DNA of 64,000 nt. Source: Eledone cirrhosa. Lineage: Eukaryota. Below the pieces are notes generated by a model. The model did not search any database and had not been told where the DNA came from. It was given only the letters and a program-made list of their open reading frames with translations. Shown piece by piece: positions 12,840-28,555 of this stretch. The stretch is taken from contig CAXHJY010001317.1 in the NCBI GenBank assembly GCA_964016885.1, forward strand, positions 1-64,000, written 5' to 3'. How positions within the stretch are numbered: the first letter of the stretch is position 1; the number at the start of each line of letters is the position of its first letter. The translations under genes and the position numbers were made by a program.

Positions 12840-13852
12840 ATTTATATTTAAAAGTTGAGTTCAATCTATGTCTGCAGCAACTGAATAAATTTGTCCGTAA
12901 ATTAAGGGGATTTTAGATTTTAGTATAAAGAATATCTCCTCCGCGCAGAGGTCACATGTCTCAGAGGATGAATTAAAAGGAATCCCTCTTGAGACTATAT
13001 TCCAAGCCGTCGAATATCCAACGTTATCATGCTTAAGTTGCCAGAGTAAGCCTGATAGTGATGTTGAATTTTTTTTGCTTGGATCTGTGAAAGAATTCTT
13101 GTGGTTATTATAGCGAAGTTTAAATTCTGTCGAGGTGGAACCAACGTAGTTAAAAGAATTTAAGTCCGTTTTAACATTACAGTTGTATATTATATTTTTA
13201 ACTAAGCAATTGTTATTTAACGGACATTTAGATCTATCTCTACAGTTACATTTGTTTACTTGGATATTATTTATGCTATTATCGGTATTTGGCTAGGTTT
13301 TAAATTCCTATTATTTATTCTATTAATATTTTGTGCTAAATTTTTGGTGGATGAGTAAGTTAATTTTATAGTATGTCTATTGAAAATTGAGTGATACCTA
13401 TGTGTTCTAGGGAAGCGATTATCAAGAGCATTAAAAAATAGTTTAGCGATGTGGGTTTTAATGTTTAGTGAGAAAGGGGGGGCAAACCATATTATATTCC
13501 TAGTTCTATTTCTTTTTTGGCTTTTGGAATTATTGTAATGCTTTCTATTATAGTTGTTAAAGTTGTTGCCGTAATTAAAATTGTTGTTATTTTGGTTAGT
13601 TTGTCTATTATTATCTATGTACATAATTTTATCACTATATCCTGCTCTAGCTAACGCTTCATTGTAATACTGGGCTTTTTCGTCGAAAATCTTTTTATTA
13701 GATGAGATTCTAGAGATACGTTTTTGAACAGAGTTCACTATAGTATTTTTAACAGATCTGGGGTGGTTAGAGTTAAAACTGACATAGTTTAAGTTTTCAT
13801 TCAACTTGTGAAATGGATAGTGAAGACATGTGTTGAGATTTAATGTTACATC
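12840..13852 (-). pseudogene. Penelope-like ORF remnant: RT thumb, linker, Cys motif, GIY-YIG endonuclease
   Basis: Track ORF 13271..13804 (SNHP, IIWFAPPF, TIKLTYS); hand translation continues CNCRDRSKCPLNNNCLVKNIIYNC..YVGST..FKLRYNNH..CDLC. Confidence 0.85.
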
Positions 13853-14259
13853 TATCTCAGTTTTTTTTTATCCCAGTTTTTTTATCTCAACTCTGATATA
13901 AACCTAGGAATTTTAAACTAGACATATGATCATTATTTTTCACACTTTATTGATACGTGTCTCATTCATGAATACTGATATTTACATTATAATACCTAAT
14001 TCATACGAATTGATATTTTTACATTGATGAAACATAATGTTTTAAATCTGCCTCGGTTATATCTGGATATTTTTCTTTTCTCTCTATGTAACGGCTGTTT
14101 TCTTTCCTAACCACATATATCTCTCTCTACCTTAATACTAGAACTAAATAAATAAATAAATAAATAAATAAATATATCATTGATACGTCATTCAACTGGT
14201 GCCCAACTACCTATTTTCTTTCTCTCTATCTCTATCTATATCTATCTCTCTCTATTTTT

Positions 14260-14291
<32 letters not shown>

Positions 14292-14543
14292 ATCTATCTC
14301 CCTCTGTGTTTTTTCTCTCTCTATCTATCTCTCTCTGTTTCTTTACATGAATTTCTTCTCTCTATCTATCTCTCTATATCTATCTCTCTCTATTTAGTTG
14401 CATGCATTTCTTCTTTTTCTTCGCTTTTTTTCTTTCTTTTTATAACTGTCCCTAACATTTTTCACTACCAAATCAACTTTTTAAATGGAAGTGGAAGCTG
14501 TAAGATATGTCAAATCTATCTATTTATAAGACTGTTTATATTG

Positions 14544-14609
14544 TATTTTGTCTGAAGAAGGCATACCATATTTTTAATATGATATCCCTGAAATATATAT
14601 AATGAAATA
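14544..14609 (+). ncRNA. Minimal type I hammerhead ribozyme candidate
   Basis: Stem I tattttgt/atgaaata (2 G-U), CTGAAGA 14552, stem II hairpin, GAAA 14590, palindromic stem III ATATATAT, AUA site. Confidence 0.65.
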
Positions 14610-14737
14610 AATATGGTTTTATAAATATAGTTTCCATTTATTTAATATCGTAAATATACTCCAAATACTTGTTGAGTGCTTTTATATCAGTTATAAATAT
14701 TTACTCGTTGTAACCCAACAATTTAAATAAAACTTTG

Positions 14738-15074
14738 CATATATATTTTATATATATATATATATATATTATATATATTTTATATATATATATATTATAT
14801 CTATATATATATATTATATCTATATATATATATATATATATTATATCTCTATATATATATTATATCTATATATATATATATATATTTTATATATATATTT
14901 TATATATATATATTTTATATATATATATTTTATATATATATTTTATATATATATTTTATATATATATATTTTATATATATATTTTATATATATATATTTT
15001 ATATATATATTTTATATATATATATTTTATATATATATTTTATATATATATATTTTATATATATATTTTATATA

Positions 15075-15108
<34 letters not shown>

Positions 15109-15241
15109 TTTATATATTTTATATATATATATATTTTATATATATATATTTTATATATATATATATTTTATATATATATATTTTATATATATATTTTATA
15201 TATATATATTTTATATATATATTTAATATATATATATATAT
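14738..15241. repeat. (TA)n array with TTTT interruptions
   Basis: Direct reading. Confidence 0.97.
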
Positions 15242-18200
15242 ATCATCATCATCATCATCATCAACGTTTAACGTCCGTGTTCCACGTTTGCATGGGTTTG
15301 GACGGGGGTAGTCCCACTTGAGGCAAGAGTGATTGTCTTGCTCGCATAGGACTGTCTGGCAGGTTTTCTACATTTGGATTCCCTTCCTAACACCAACCAC
15401 ATTTACAGTGTGGGTCTGGGAGGTTTTTACCGTGTTGCCTACACGGCCACATTACAGCGTGGACTGTGTGTTTTTTTGTCGTGATACCTACACGATCTCA
15501 TTTGTTTTGGCCTATGGCGCGGCACCAACATAACTTTACATAGAACGGGGTGGTGTGGATGGGGTGGGGGTGGTGGTGGTGGGACGGGGTGTATTTTGTT
15601 AGAGATGCCTACTGGTTGGAGTAGGTTTTACTATATATTTAGGTAAGGCGGGTCTTCTCTGTTACTGAGTACCGCCAAAGGTCTCGGTCCAGTGACATTG
15701 TCTTGGAGAGGTGTAAGTGTGTGATGTCGGAGTTTATCAGCTCGTCCCAGGTTTTTCTAGGTCTGCCTATTCCGTGACTACCGTCTATCTTTATTGCCCT
15801 GCACTTTGTTATACAGCTATCGACTTACATGCGCATCACGTGTCCATACCAACGTAGCCTTCTCTCGAGTAAACAACATCTGATCCCTCTTATCTCTAAT
15901 TTTTTCCTTAGTTCGTTTATGCTTTGCCGTTCACGTATATTACTGTTACACATCCAGCGGAGCATGTAAGCTTCGTTCCTCTCTAGTCTGCGTATATCCT
16001 CTGCACACAATGCCCAGGTCTCACTGCCATGCAGCATTGCTGTTCGTATGCAGGCATCGTACAACCTGCCTTTCATTTTTAGGGAGAACCCTTTAGCAGC
16101 TAATAGTGGTATAAGCTCTCTGAACTTTTTCCAACCAGTTCTGACTCTAGCTACAGTACTTTCAGAGCACCCTCCCCCACTGCTGATTTTATCGCCCAGG
16201 TAACGGAAGCTGTCCACTATTTCTATAGAACCCTCTGCGCAATTGAAAGAGCTAGTATTTTGTGGGCACTTGCTGCTACTTATTGCACCAGAACACCGGC
16301 CACATGTAAAATCTATGTTCTTAGTTAGCTTACCTGTGATCCCACTACATCTTTTATGCACCCATACTTTGCATTTAGGACATAAAATGGAGTTTCTACC
16401 TACGCCTTTCCTACATACCGAGCACGACCATTTCCCAGAAGGGACCGCCGCCTTGTTTTCTTTCCTACAAACTAGAACTTTGGTCTTAGCCAGGTTAATT
16501 TTAAGTCCTTTTGACTCTAGGCCGTGCTTCCATGTTTGGAATTTCTTCTCTAGCTCGGCCATTGATTCCGCTATGAGTGTCAGGTCGTCTGCGTATAGGA
16601 GTTCCCATGGGCAGCCTGTCTTGAACTCCTCTGTTATAGCCTGAAGGGCAATAATAAATAGTAGGGGGCTGAGAACAGAGCCCTGATGGACGCCAACTTT
16701 TACGCTAAACTCTTCACTATATTCGTTGTTAATTCTAACTTTGCTGACTGTTTCTTTATACATGGCTTGTATAGCCCTCACAAGCCATTCGTCAACGCCT
16801 AGTTTTCTAAGAGCCCACCAGATAATGGAGCGGGGGACTCTGTCGAAGGCTTTCTCCAAGTCGACAAAAGCTAAGTAGAGGGGTTTACCTGTAGTTGTCG
16901 TACTATGAAAAGAGCGTCTGTGGTACTTTTGCCTGACATAAACCCGAACTGCATTTCATCTAGGTCAATTCTCTCTCTGATTAGTTGGTCATCGCGTTGT
17001 AGAACATGCTTGAACTTTCTTTCCTCAGCTTCCCTTCTTGCTAAGTACACTTGTCTCCTAGCTTCCCTCCTGGCCACTTGATAGTCTTCTCTACTTCCCC
17101 CATCCCGCCATACTTTCCAAGCCTGCTTTTTGGCCTTAATTGACCCCTCCACCTTACTGTTCCACCACCATGTTACTCTCCTCCTGCCTACAGGCCTGCT
17201 CCAGCCACAGACTTCGTCTGTCGCCAACAGCAGGTTTGCTTTCAGAAATTCCCACTCTCCCTCTATATTGTCCGACTCTAAATGTTCTTCCTTACTGTCG
17301 AAAGCATCAAGTAATATGCTTTGAAATTTATTCCTGGCTGTGGGGTCCTTTAGCTTCCATATTTTCCTCCTGAGGATAGTCCTCTTCTGTTGTCGAGTAC
17401 GTCTCGTCCTGACTATGAGGTCGCTAATTATCAGTCTATGTTGGGAGGTGCATTCTTCATGGGGGAGGGATTTAGTGTTTACAACAGACACTCTGTCACG
17501 TCTTCTGGTAAGGATATAATCTACCTGGCTTGTGTGTTCCCCGGATCTATAGGTGATCAGGTGATTGTCACGTTTTTTGAAGTTAGTGTTACAGATAGTT
17601 AGGTTATTTGCATCACAGAATTCCAGGATTCTGGAGCCTTCCTCATTTCTAGTACCAAACCCATAGCCTCCATGGATTTCGTCGTAGCCGTCACAATGTT
17701 GTCCAACGTGACCGTTTAGGTCGCCTGCAATAATTATATAGTCACTGTCGGATATTTGGGAGGTAGTTAGCATCAGTGTCTCATAGAATCTGTCTTTTAT
17801 AGTGCCAGGCAGTCCGGATTGGGGTGCGTAAGCAGATATTACTGTCACCGTAGTTCTATTGAGGACAAGTCGTATTTTAATTATTCTGTCGTTCACTCTA
17901 TTTACGTCTATTATCTTATCTGCCCACTTTTCTGCTACCATGATTCCTACTCCACCCAGTCCATCGTCGTTTCCCACCCAGAAAAGCTTATAACATCGTT
18001 TTTTACCCTCAATGAACCTAGCAGACCCACCCCTCCACCTGGTCTCTTGAATACAACAAACATCGACCTCCTTACGTTCAATCATTTCTACAACCTCGTT
18101 AGCGCGACCCTTTAGGGTGCCTACATTTATGGTACCAACTCTGAAGTTTTGGATTGCGTTTGGGGGTTGGGGGCGGTGGGGGGCGGGGGCGATGGGGTTA

Positions 18201-18384
18201 TGTTAGCCGTCCGCGGTCGAAACAATGAGGAGTGCTCGCATTCTCGTCCAAGAGGTGAATTTGTCTTTTTCTTTGGCATTGTCGCTGAGTGTCCAGATTT
18301 TTCTCTCTCTCTCCTCCACTCTCCAGGATTCCGCAGTCCATCCATCCATCATATATCGAAAGGCAACCAGGCAAGCGATAGTAT

Positions 18385-18486
18385 AGGCCTCTGGCTTCTG
18401 ATTGGTCCGCGTAATAATACTGGTGATGCGTGGGGGCTCTGGCTTATGATTGGTCCACGTAATAGCAGTGGTGGTGCGTGGGGGCG
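18385..18486 (-). promoter_or_regulatory. Two ~50-bp monomers each with ACGYGGA-CCAATCA (candidate internal Pol II promoter)
   Basis: tgattggtccgcgt and tgattggtccacgt on + strand; also 32200-32295 (two copies) and ~24420-24450 (one copy). Confidence 0.5.
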
Positions 18487-18540
18487 AGAGGGAGGGGTGG
18501 TGGTGCGCGGGGGCGGGAGGGAGGGGTGTTGGGTAGCTAG

Positions 18541-18655
18541 GAATTGAGGAATTAGGATTGTGGAGGTAGAGATGAAGGAAAATATGTACATTACGTTACA
18601 TGAATATCGTGGGTAGACAGCAAAGCAATGAAATTTGGCGAAGTGAATTCCTATC

Positions 18656-18689
<34 letters not shown>

Positions 18690-19742
18690 GGTGGTGGTGG
18701 CCGCATGATGATTGTGTGTGTTAGGCGTTTGACCGCCATGCCTTCGAAGTAGCGGGTGGGGGGGGGGGCGAGGAAGCGGGAGTTTCGAAAGAAGGAAGAA
18801 GGAAAGGATTTTGTTTTTTGTTTTGAAAATACGCTAGAATTAGGAATTGAGGTTTGAAAATACGTTAGGAATTAAGGTTTGAAAATAGCAAGAAGGTAAT
18901 GATTGAATGGGGTCCTTGCATTTAACAAGCGATTAACAAAAATACAAAATTTGTTCTGTTGAATACGACCAAAAACTTTCGTATTTAACAATAAATAGAA
19001 ACAGAAAATGTAGTTTGTTTTAGCGATAGATTGGCTATTTGGACTTGATACAAAATATGGATTGTTTTGAAAATACGCTAGAATTAGAATTAAAATACGC
19101 TAGAATTAAGATTTGTGGAGGGAGAGAGAGAATGAAATCTGTACATTACGTTACATGAATATCGTGGGGGTAGAGACAGCAAGCAATGAAATTTGGCGAA
19201 GTGAATTCCTATCATATATATATATATATAGAGAGAGAGGGGGGGTGGCCGCATGATGGTTGTGTGTGTTAGGCGTTTGACCGCCCCATGCCTTCGAAGA
19301 AGGAAGAAGGAAAGGATTTTGTTTTTTGTTTTGAAAATACGCTAGAATTAGGAATTGAGGTTTGAAAATACGCTAGTAATTAAGGTTTGAAAATACGCTA
19401 GATTAAGAATTAAGGAATTTATAAGAAGGAGAAGAGATAGGAGGTAATGATTGAATGGGGTCCTTGCACATTTAACAAGCGATTAACAAAAATACAAAAT
19501 TTGTTCTGTTCAATACGACCAAAAACTTTCGTATCTAACAATTAATAAATACAAATGTAGATTGTTTTAGCGATAGATTGACTATTTGGACTTGATACGA
19601 AATATGGATTGTTTTGAAAATACGCTAGAATTAGGAATTGAGGTTTGTGGAGGTAGAGATGAATACGCTAGAATTAGGAATTGAGGAATTAGGATTGTGG
19701 AGGTAGAGATGAAGGAAAATATGTACATTACGTTACATGAAT
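18541..19742. repeat. About 2.1 tandem copies of a ~550-580-bp unit in the RTE-C 5' region
   Basis: tgtacattacgttacatgaat at ~18585, ~19140, ~19722; blocks such as aacaagcgattaacaaaaatacaaaatttgttctgtt repeated. Confidence 0.88.
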
Positions 19743-19798
<56 letters not shown>

Positions 19799-19815
19799 TA
19801 TATACATATATATAC

Positions 19816-19886
<71 letters not shown>

Positions 19887-19947
19887 CATATATATACATA
19901 TATACATATATATACATATATATATATATACATATACATATATATAC

Positions 19948-20044
<97 letters not shown>

Positions 20045-20045
20045 C

Positions 20046-20120
<75 letters not shown>

Positions 20121-20121
20121 C

Positions 20122-20216
<95 letters not shown>

Positions 20217-20219
20217 CAT
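19743..20219. repeat. (TA)n array with CA interruptions
   Basis: Direct reading. Confidence 0.97.
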
Positions 20220-22412
<2,193 letters not shown>

Positions 22413-22609
22413 CGTTATTCCGGGTTGAATCGGAGGTAACCACAGTAAGTAAGGTACTCAATACATAGCAGAGTATAACAGTTTTAATATAGATGAGATT
22501 CTACAGGACTAGAACTGTTTCATTCATTAGAAATCATCAGGAATCATGAATCATCAGGATTCCTGATGATTTCTAATGAATGAAACAGTTCTAGTCCTGT
22601 AGAATCTCA

Positions 22610-22616
<7 letters not shown>
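22413..22616. mobile_element. Fold-back mini-element 1 (probable Penelope pLTR remnant)
   Basis: 59-bp perfect inverted arms 22487-22545 / 22558-22616 plus a one-sided ~75-bp tail; TA on both flanks. Confidence 0.7.
22557..22607 (+). ncRNA. Type I hammerhead ribozyme candidate (mirror copy on - strand at ~22496-22546)
   Basis: ggattc-CTGATGA-tttctaatgaat-GAAA-cag..ctg-TA-gaatct; GUA site; stem II weak (T.T closing pair). Confidence 0.68.
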
Positions 22617-24165
<1,549 letters not shown>

Positions 24166-24169
<4 letters not shown>

Positions 24170-27100
24170 TCTAACATACGCCTAACTCCGTAGTCAGCCC
24201 TTCAAACAGCATTTTTTTCTATCCTCTTTCCATTCCCCATGTATTTTCCAAAACAAATCTCTTGTATTTCTGTCTTGATTGTAAAAATACGGAGTTTTTG
24301 TCGTATATTTACTAAACAAACCTTGTATTTTTGTTCGTTAATACGGGGTTCTCACTTAAAACCTATCTTCTCGCTCACAACTCAACACCCCTCCCTCCCG
24401 CCCCCACACAGCACCATTATTATTACGTGGACCAATCATAAGCCAGAGGCCTATACTATCGTTTACCTGGTCGCCTTCGATATGTAGGATGGTAGGATTA
24501 CGGAGTTCCGGAGAGTTGAAGAGAGAAAAATCTGGACGCTCAGCGACAATGCCAAAGTTAAAGACAATCACACCTCGAGGACGAAAATGCGAGCATGCCT
24601 CTTTGTTTCGGCCGCGGATGGCTAACATAACCCCATCTCCCCCCGTTCCCCACCTTTCCAACCCCCCAAACGCAATCCAAAACTTTAGATTTGGTACCTT
24701 GAATGTAGGCACCTTAAAGGGTCGCTCTAACGAGGTTGTAGAAATGCTTGAACGTAAGGAGGTCGATGTTTGTTGTATCCAAGAGACCAGGTGGAGGGGT
24801 GGATCTGCTAGATACATTGTGGGTAGAAAACGATGCTATAAGCTTTTCTGGGTGGGAAACGACAATGGGCTGGGTGGAGTAGGAATCATGGTAGCAGAAA
24901 AGTGGGCAGATAAGATAATAGACGTAAATAGAGTGAACGACAGAATAATTAAAATAAGACTTGTCCTCAATAGAACTACGGTGACAGTAATATCCGCGTA
25001 CGCACCCCAATCCGGACTGCCCGGCACCATAAAAGACAGATTCTATGAGACACTGATGCTCACTACCTCCCAAATAACCGACAGTGACTATATAATTATT
25101 GCAGGCGACCTAAACGGTCACGTTGGACAACATTGTGACGGCTACGACGAAATCCATGGAGGCTATGGGTTTGGTACTAAAAATGAGGAAGGCTCGAGAA
25201 TCCTGGAATTCTGCGACGCAAATAACCTAACTATCTGCAACACTAACTTCAAAAAACGAGACAATCACTTGATCACCTACAGATCAGGGGAACATACTAG
25301 CCAGGTAGATTATATCCTTACCAGAAGACGTGACAAAGTGACTGTCGTAAACACTAAATCCCTCCCCCATGAAGAATGCACTTCCCAACATAGACTGATA
25401 ATTAGCGACCTAATAGTCAGGACGAGATGTACTAGACAACAGAAGAGGACTATCCTCAGGAGAAAAATATGGAAGCTAAAGGACCCCACAGCCAAAAATA
25501 AATTCCAAAGCATATTACTTGATGCTTTCGACAGTGAGGAAGAGAAATTAGAGACGTACAAGGTAGAGGAACAGTGGGAATTCCTGAAAGCAAACCTGCT
25601 GTTGGCGGCAGACGAAGTCTGTGGCTGGAGCAGGCCTGTAGGCAGGAGGAGAGTAACATGGTGGTGGAACAGTAAGGTGGAGGGGGTCAATTAAGGCCAA
25701 AAAGCAGGCTTGGAAAGTATGGCGGGATGGGGGAAGTAGAGAGGACTATCAAGTGGCCAGGAGGGAAGCTAGGAGACAAGTGTACTTCGCAAGAAGGGAA
25801 GCAGAGGAAAGAAAGTTCAAGCATGTTCTACAACGCGATGACCAAAAACGTGAGGTGTTCAGGATTGCTAGGCAATGTGTCAAGGAAAACAGTGATATTG
25901 TCGCGGAGAAGTGTGTACTTAACGATGACGGCATACTTGCCATCACCGACGCCGATAAGAAGGTAGCTTGGAAGTGTCACTATGAAAGGCTACTAAATGA
26001 GGAGAATAAATGGGAGAAAGACAGTCTCCCCCACATCGACCCAATAGAGGGACCAGCAGTGTTAGTCGAGGGTAGTATAATAAGTAAGGCAATCAAAGAT
26101 ATGAAGACAGGCAAGGCGGCTGGGCCTTCGGAAATAGTTGCCGAGATGCTGAAGGCATCTGGTACGGTGGGACACACCATGGTCACCCGGATAGTCAACC
26201 AAGTCGTACAGAATGGGGTTGTTCCGAAGGACTGTCGCAGCAGCATTATCGTTAACTGTTATAAGGGTAAAGGAGATGCCCTAGATAGGAGTAACTATAG
26301 AGGCATTAAATTAATCGACCAGGTCATGAAGGTCACGGAAAAAGTTATAGCGCAACTAATCAGAGAGCGAATTGATCTAGATGAAATGCAGTTCGGGTTT
26401 GTGTCAGGAAAAAGTACCACAGACGCTCTTTTCATTGTACGACAACTACAGGAGAAGTACCTAGCTAAAAGTAAACCCCTATACTTAGCTTTCGTCGACT
26501 TGGAGAAGGCCTTCGACAGAGTCCCCCGTTCCATTATCTGGTGGGCTCTTAGAAAACTAGGTGTTGATGAATGGCTTGTGAGAGCTATACAAGCCATGTA
26601 TAAAGAAACAGTTAGCAAGGTTAGAATTAACAACGAATATAGTGAAGAGTTTAGTGTAAAAGTTGGTGTTCATCAGGGCTCTGTTCTTAGCCCCCTACTA
26701 TTTATTATTGCCCTCCAGGCTATAACAGTGGAGTTCAAGACCGGCTGCCCATGGGAACTCCTATACGCAGATGATCTAACGCTCATAGCTGAATCAATGG
26801 CCGAGCTAGAGAAGAAATTCCAAACATGGAAGCACGGCCTAGAATCAAAAGGCCTTAAAATTAACCTAGCTAAGACTAAAGTTCTAGTTTGTAAGAAAGA
26901 AAATAAGGCGGCGGTCCACTCCGGGAAGTGGCCATGCGCAGAGTGTAGGAAAGGCGTAGGTAGAAATTCCATTTTGTGTCCCAAATGCAAAGTTTGGGTG
27001 CATAAAAGATGTAGTGGGATCACAGGTAAGCTAACTAAGAACATAGATTTTACATGTGGCCGGTGTTCTGGGGATATAAGTAGCAGCAAGTGCCCACAAA

Positions 27101-28085
27101 ATACTAGCTCTTTCAACTGCGCAGAGGGTTCTATAGAAATAGTGGACAGCTTCCGTTACCTGGGTGACAAAATCAGCAGTGGGGGAGGGTGCTCTGAAAG
27201 TACAGTAGCTAGAGTCAGAACTGGGTGGAAAAAGTTCAGAGAGCTTATACCACTATTAGCCGCTAAAGGGTTCTCCCTAAAAATAAAAGGCAGGCTGTAC
27301 GATGCCTGCATACGAACAGCAATGTTGCATGGCAGTGAGACCTGGGCATTGTGTGCAGAGGATATACGCAGACTAGAGAGAAACGAAGCTTGCATGCTCC
27401 GCTGGATGTGTAATAGTAATATACGTGAACGACAAAGCATAAATGAACTAAGGAAAAAATTAGAAATAAGAGGGATCAGATGTTGTTTACTAGAGAGAAG
27501 GCTACGTTGGTATGGTCACGTGATGCGCATGAAGGGTGATAGCTGTATAACAAAGTGCAGGGCAATAAAGATAGACGGTAGCCACGGAATAGGCAGACCC
27601 AGAAAAACCTGGGACGAGCTGATAAACACCGACCTCACACACTTACACCTCACCAAGACAATGTCACTGGACCGAGACCTTTGGCGGTACTCAGTAATAG
27701 AGAAGACCCGCCTTGCCAGTAGGCATCTCTAACAAAATACACCACGTCCCACCACCACAACCCCCACCCCATCCACACCACCCCGTTCTATGTAAAGTTA
27801 TGTTGGTGCCGCGCCATCCAGGCCGAAACAAATGAGATCGTGTAGGTGTCACGACAAAAAAACACACAGTCCACGCTGTAATGTGGCCGTGTAGGCAACA
27901 CGGTAAAAACCTCCCAGACCCACACTGTAAATGTGGTTGGTGTTAGGAAGGGCATCCAACTGTAGAAAACCTGCCAGACAGTCCTATGCGAGCAAGAAAA
28001 TCACTCTTGCCTCAAGTGGGACTACCCCCGTCCAAACCCATGCAAGCGTGGAACACGGACGTTAAACGTTGATGATGATGATGAT
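24166..28085 (+). mobile_element. RTE family C, near full length
   Basis: 5'UTR with CCAAT monomer, APE-RT-PHD ORF, ~340-bp 3'UTR, terminal stem-loop, (GAT)n. Confidence 0.95.
24489..27732 (+). pseudogene. RTE-C ORF (APE + RT + PHD) broken by a single +1 G in a homopolymer
   Basis: Track ORFs 24489..25694 and 25753..27732; G5 at 25682-25686 versus G4 in sibling copies. Confidence 0.9.
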
Positions 28086-28104
28086 ATATATACATATATA
28101 TGTA

Positions 28105-28182
<78 letters not shown>

Positions 28183-28186
28183 CATA

Positions 28187-28262
<76 letters not shown>

Positions 28263-28269
28263 TATATAT

Positions 28270-28443
28270 ACATCTATCTATCTATCTAAGGCGGGTAAAA
28301 TTCCCGAGATCCATGGACGAGTTCTCTCCAGCGGTCTCTGTCCCTCATTATCGCTGCCATATCCTGCATCTCCAACAGACCAGTGTCTGTCCTTAGGGCA
28401 TCAACATATGTTAACCTTGGTCTTCCCCTTCTAGTGTGTCCAT
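28270..28443 (-). mobile_element. 3' fragment of a different RTE family (D) with (TAGA)n tail
   Basis: Translation [33 protein letters not shown], typical RTE C-terminus; tagatagatagat follows the stop. Confidence 0.75.
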
Positions 28444-28487
28444 GTATATATATACATATATATACATGTATATATATACATATATAT

Positions 28488-28538
<51 letters not shown>

Positions 28539-28555
28539 TATGTATATATATATAT

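Larger units (their letters stand above)
12071..14737 (-). mobile_element. Penelope-like element (Neptune-type) 1, 5'-truncated, with inverted pLTR segment at ~13853-14737
   Basis: RT thumb + GIY-YIG remnant on the - strand; gagataaaaaa repeats at 12082-12119 recur inverted at ~13853-13895; hammerhead motif in the inverted part. Confidence 0.85.
15242..19742 (-). mobile_element. RTE family C, both ends present, internal deletions, tandemly repeated 5' region
   Basis: Track ORFs 16871..18085 (APE) and 15825..16859 (RT/PHD); 510-bp and 19-bp deletions relative to sibling copies; (GAT)n tail. Confidence 0.93.
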
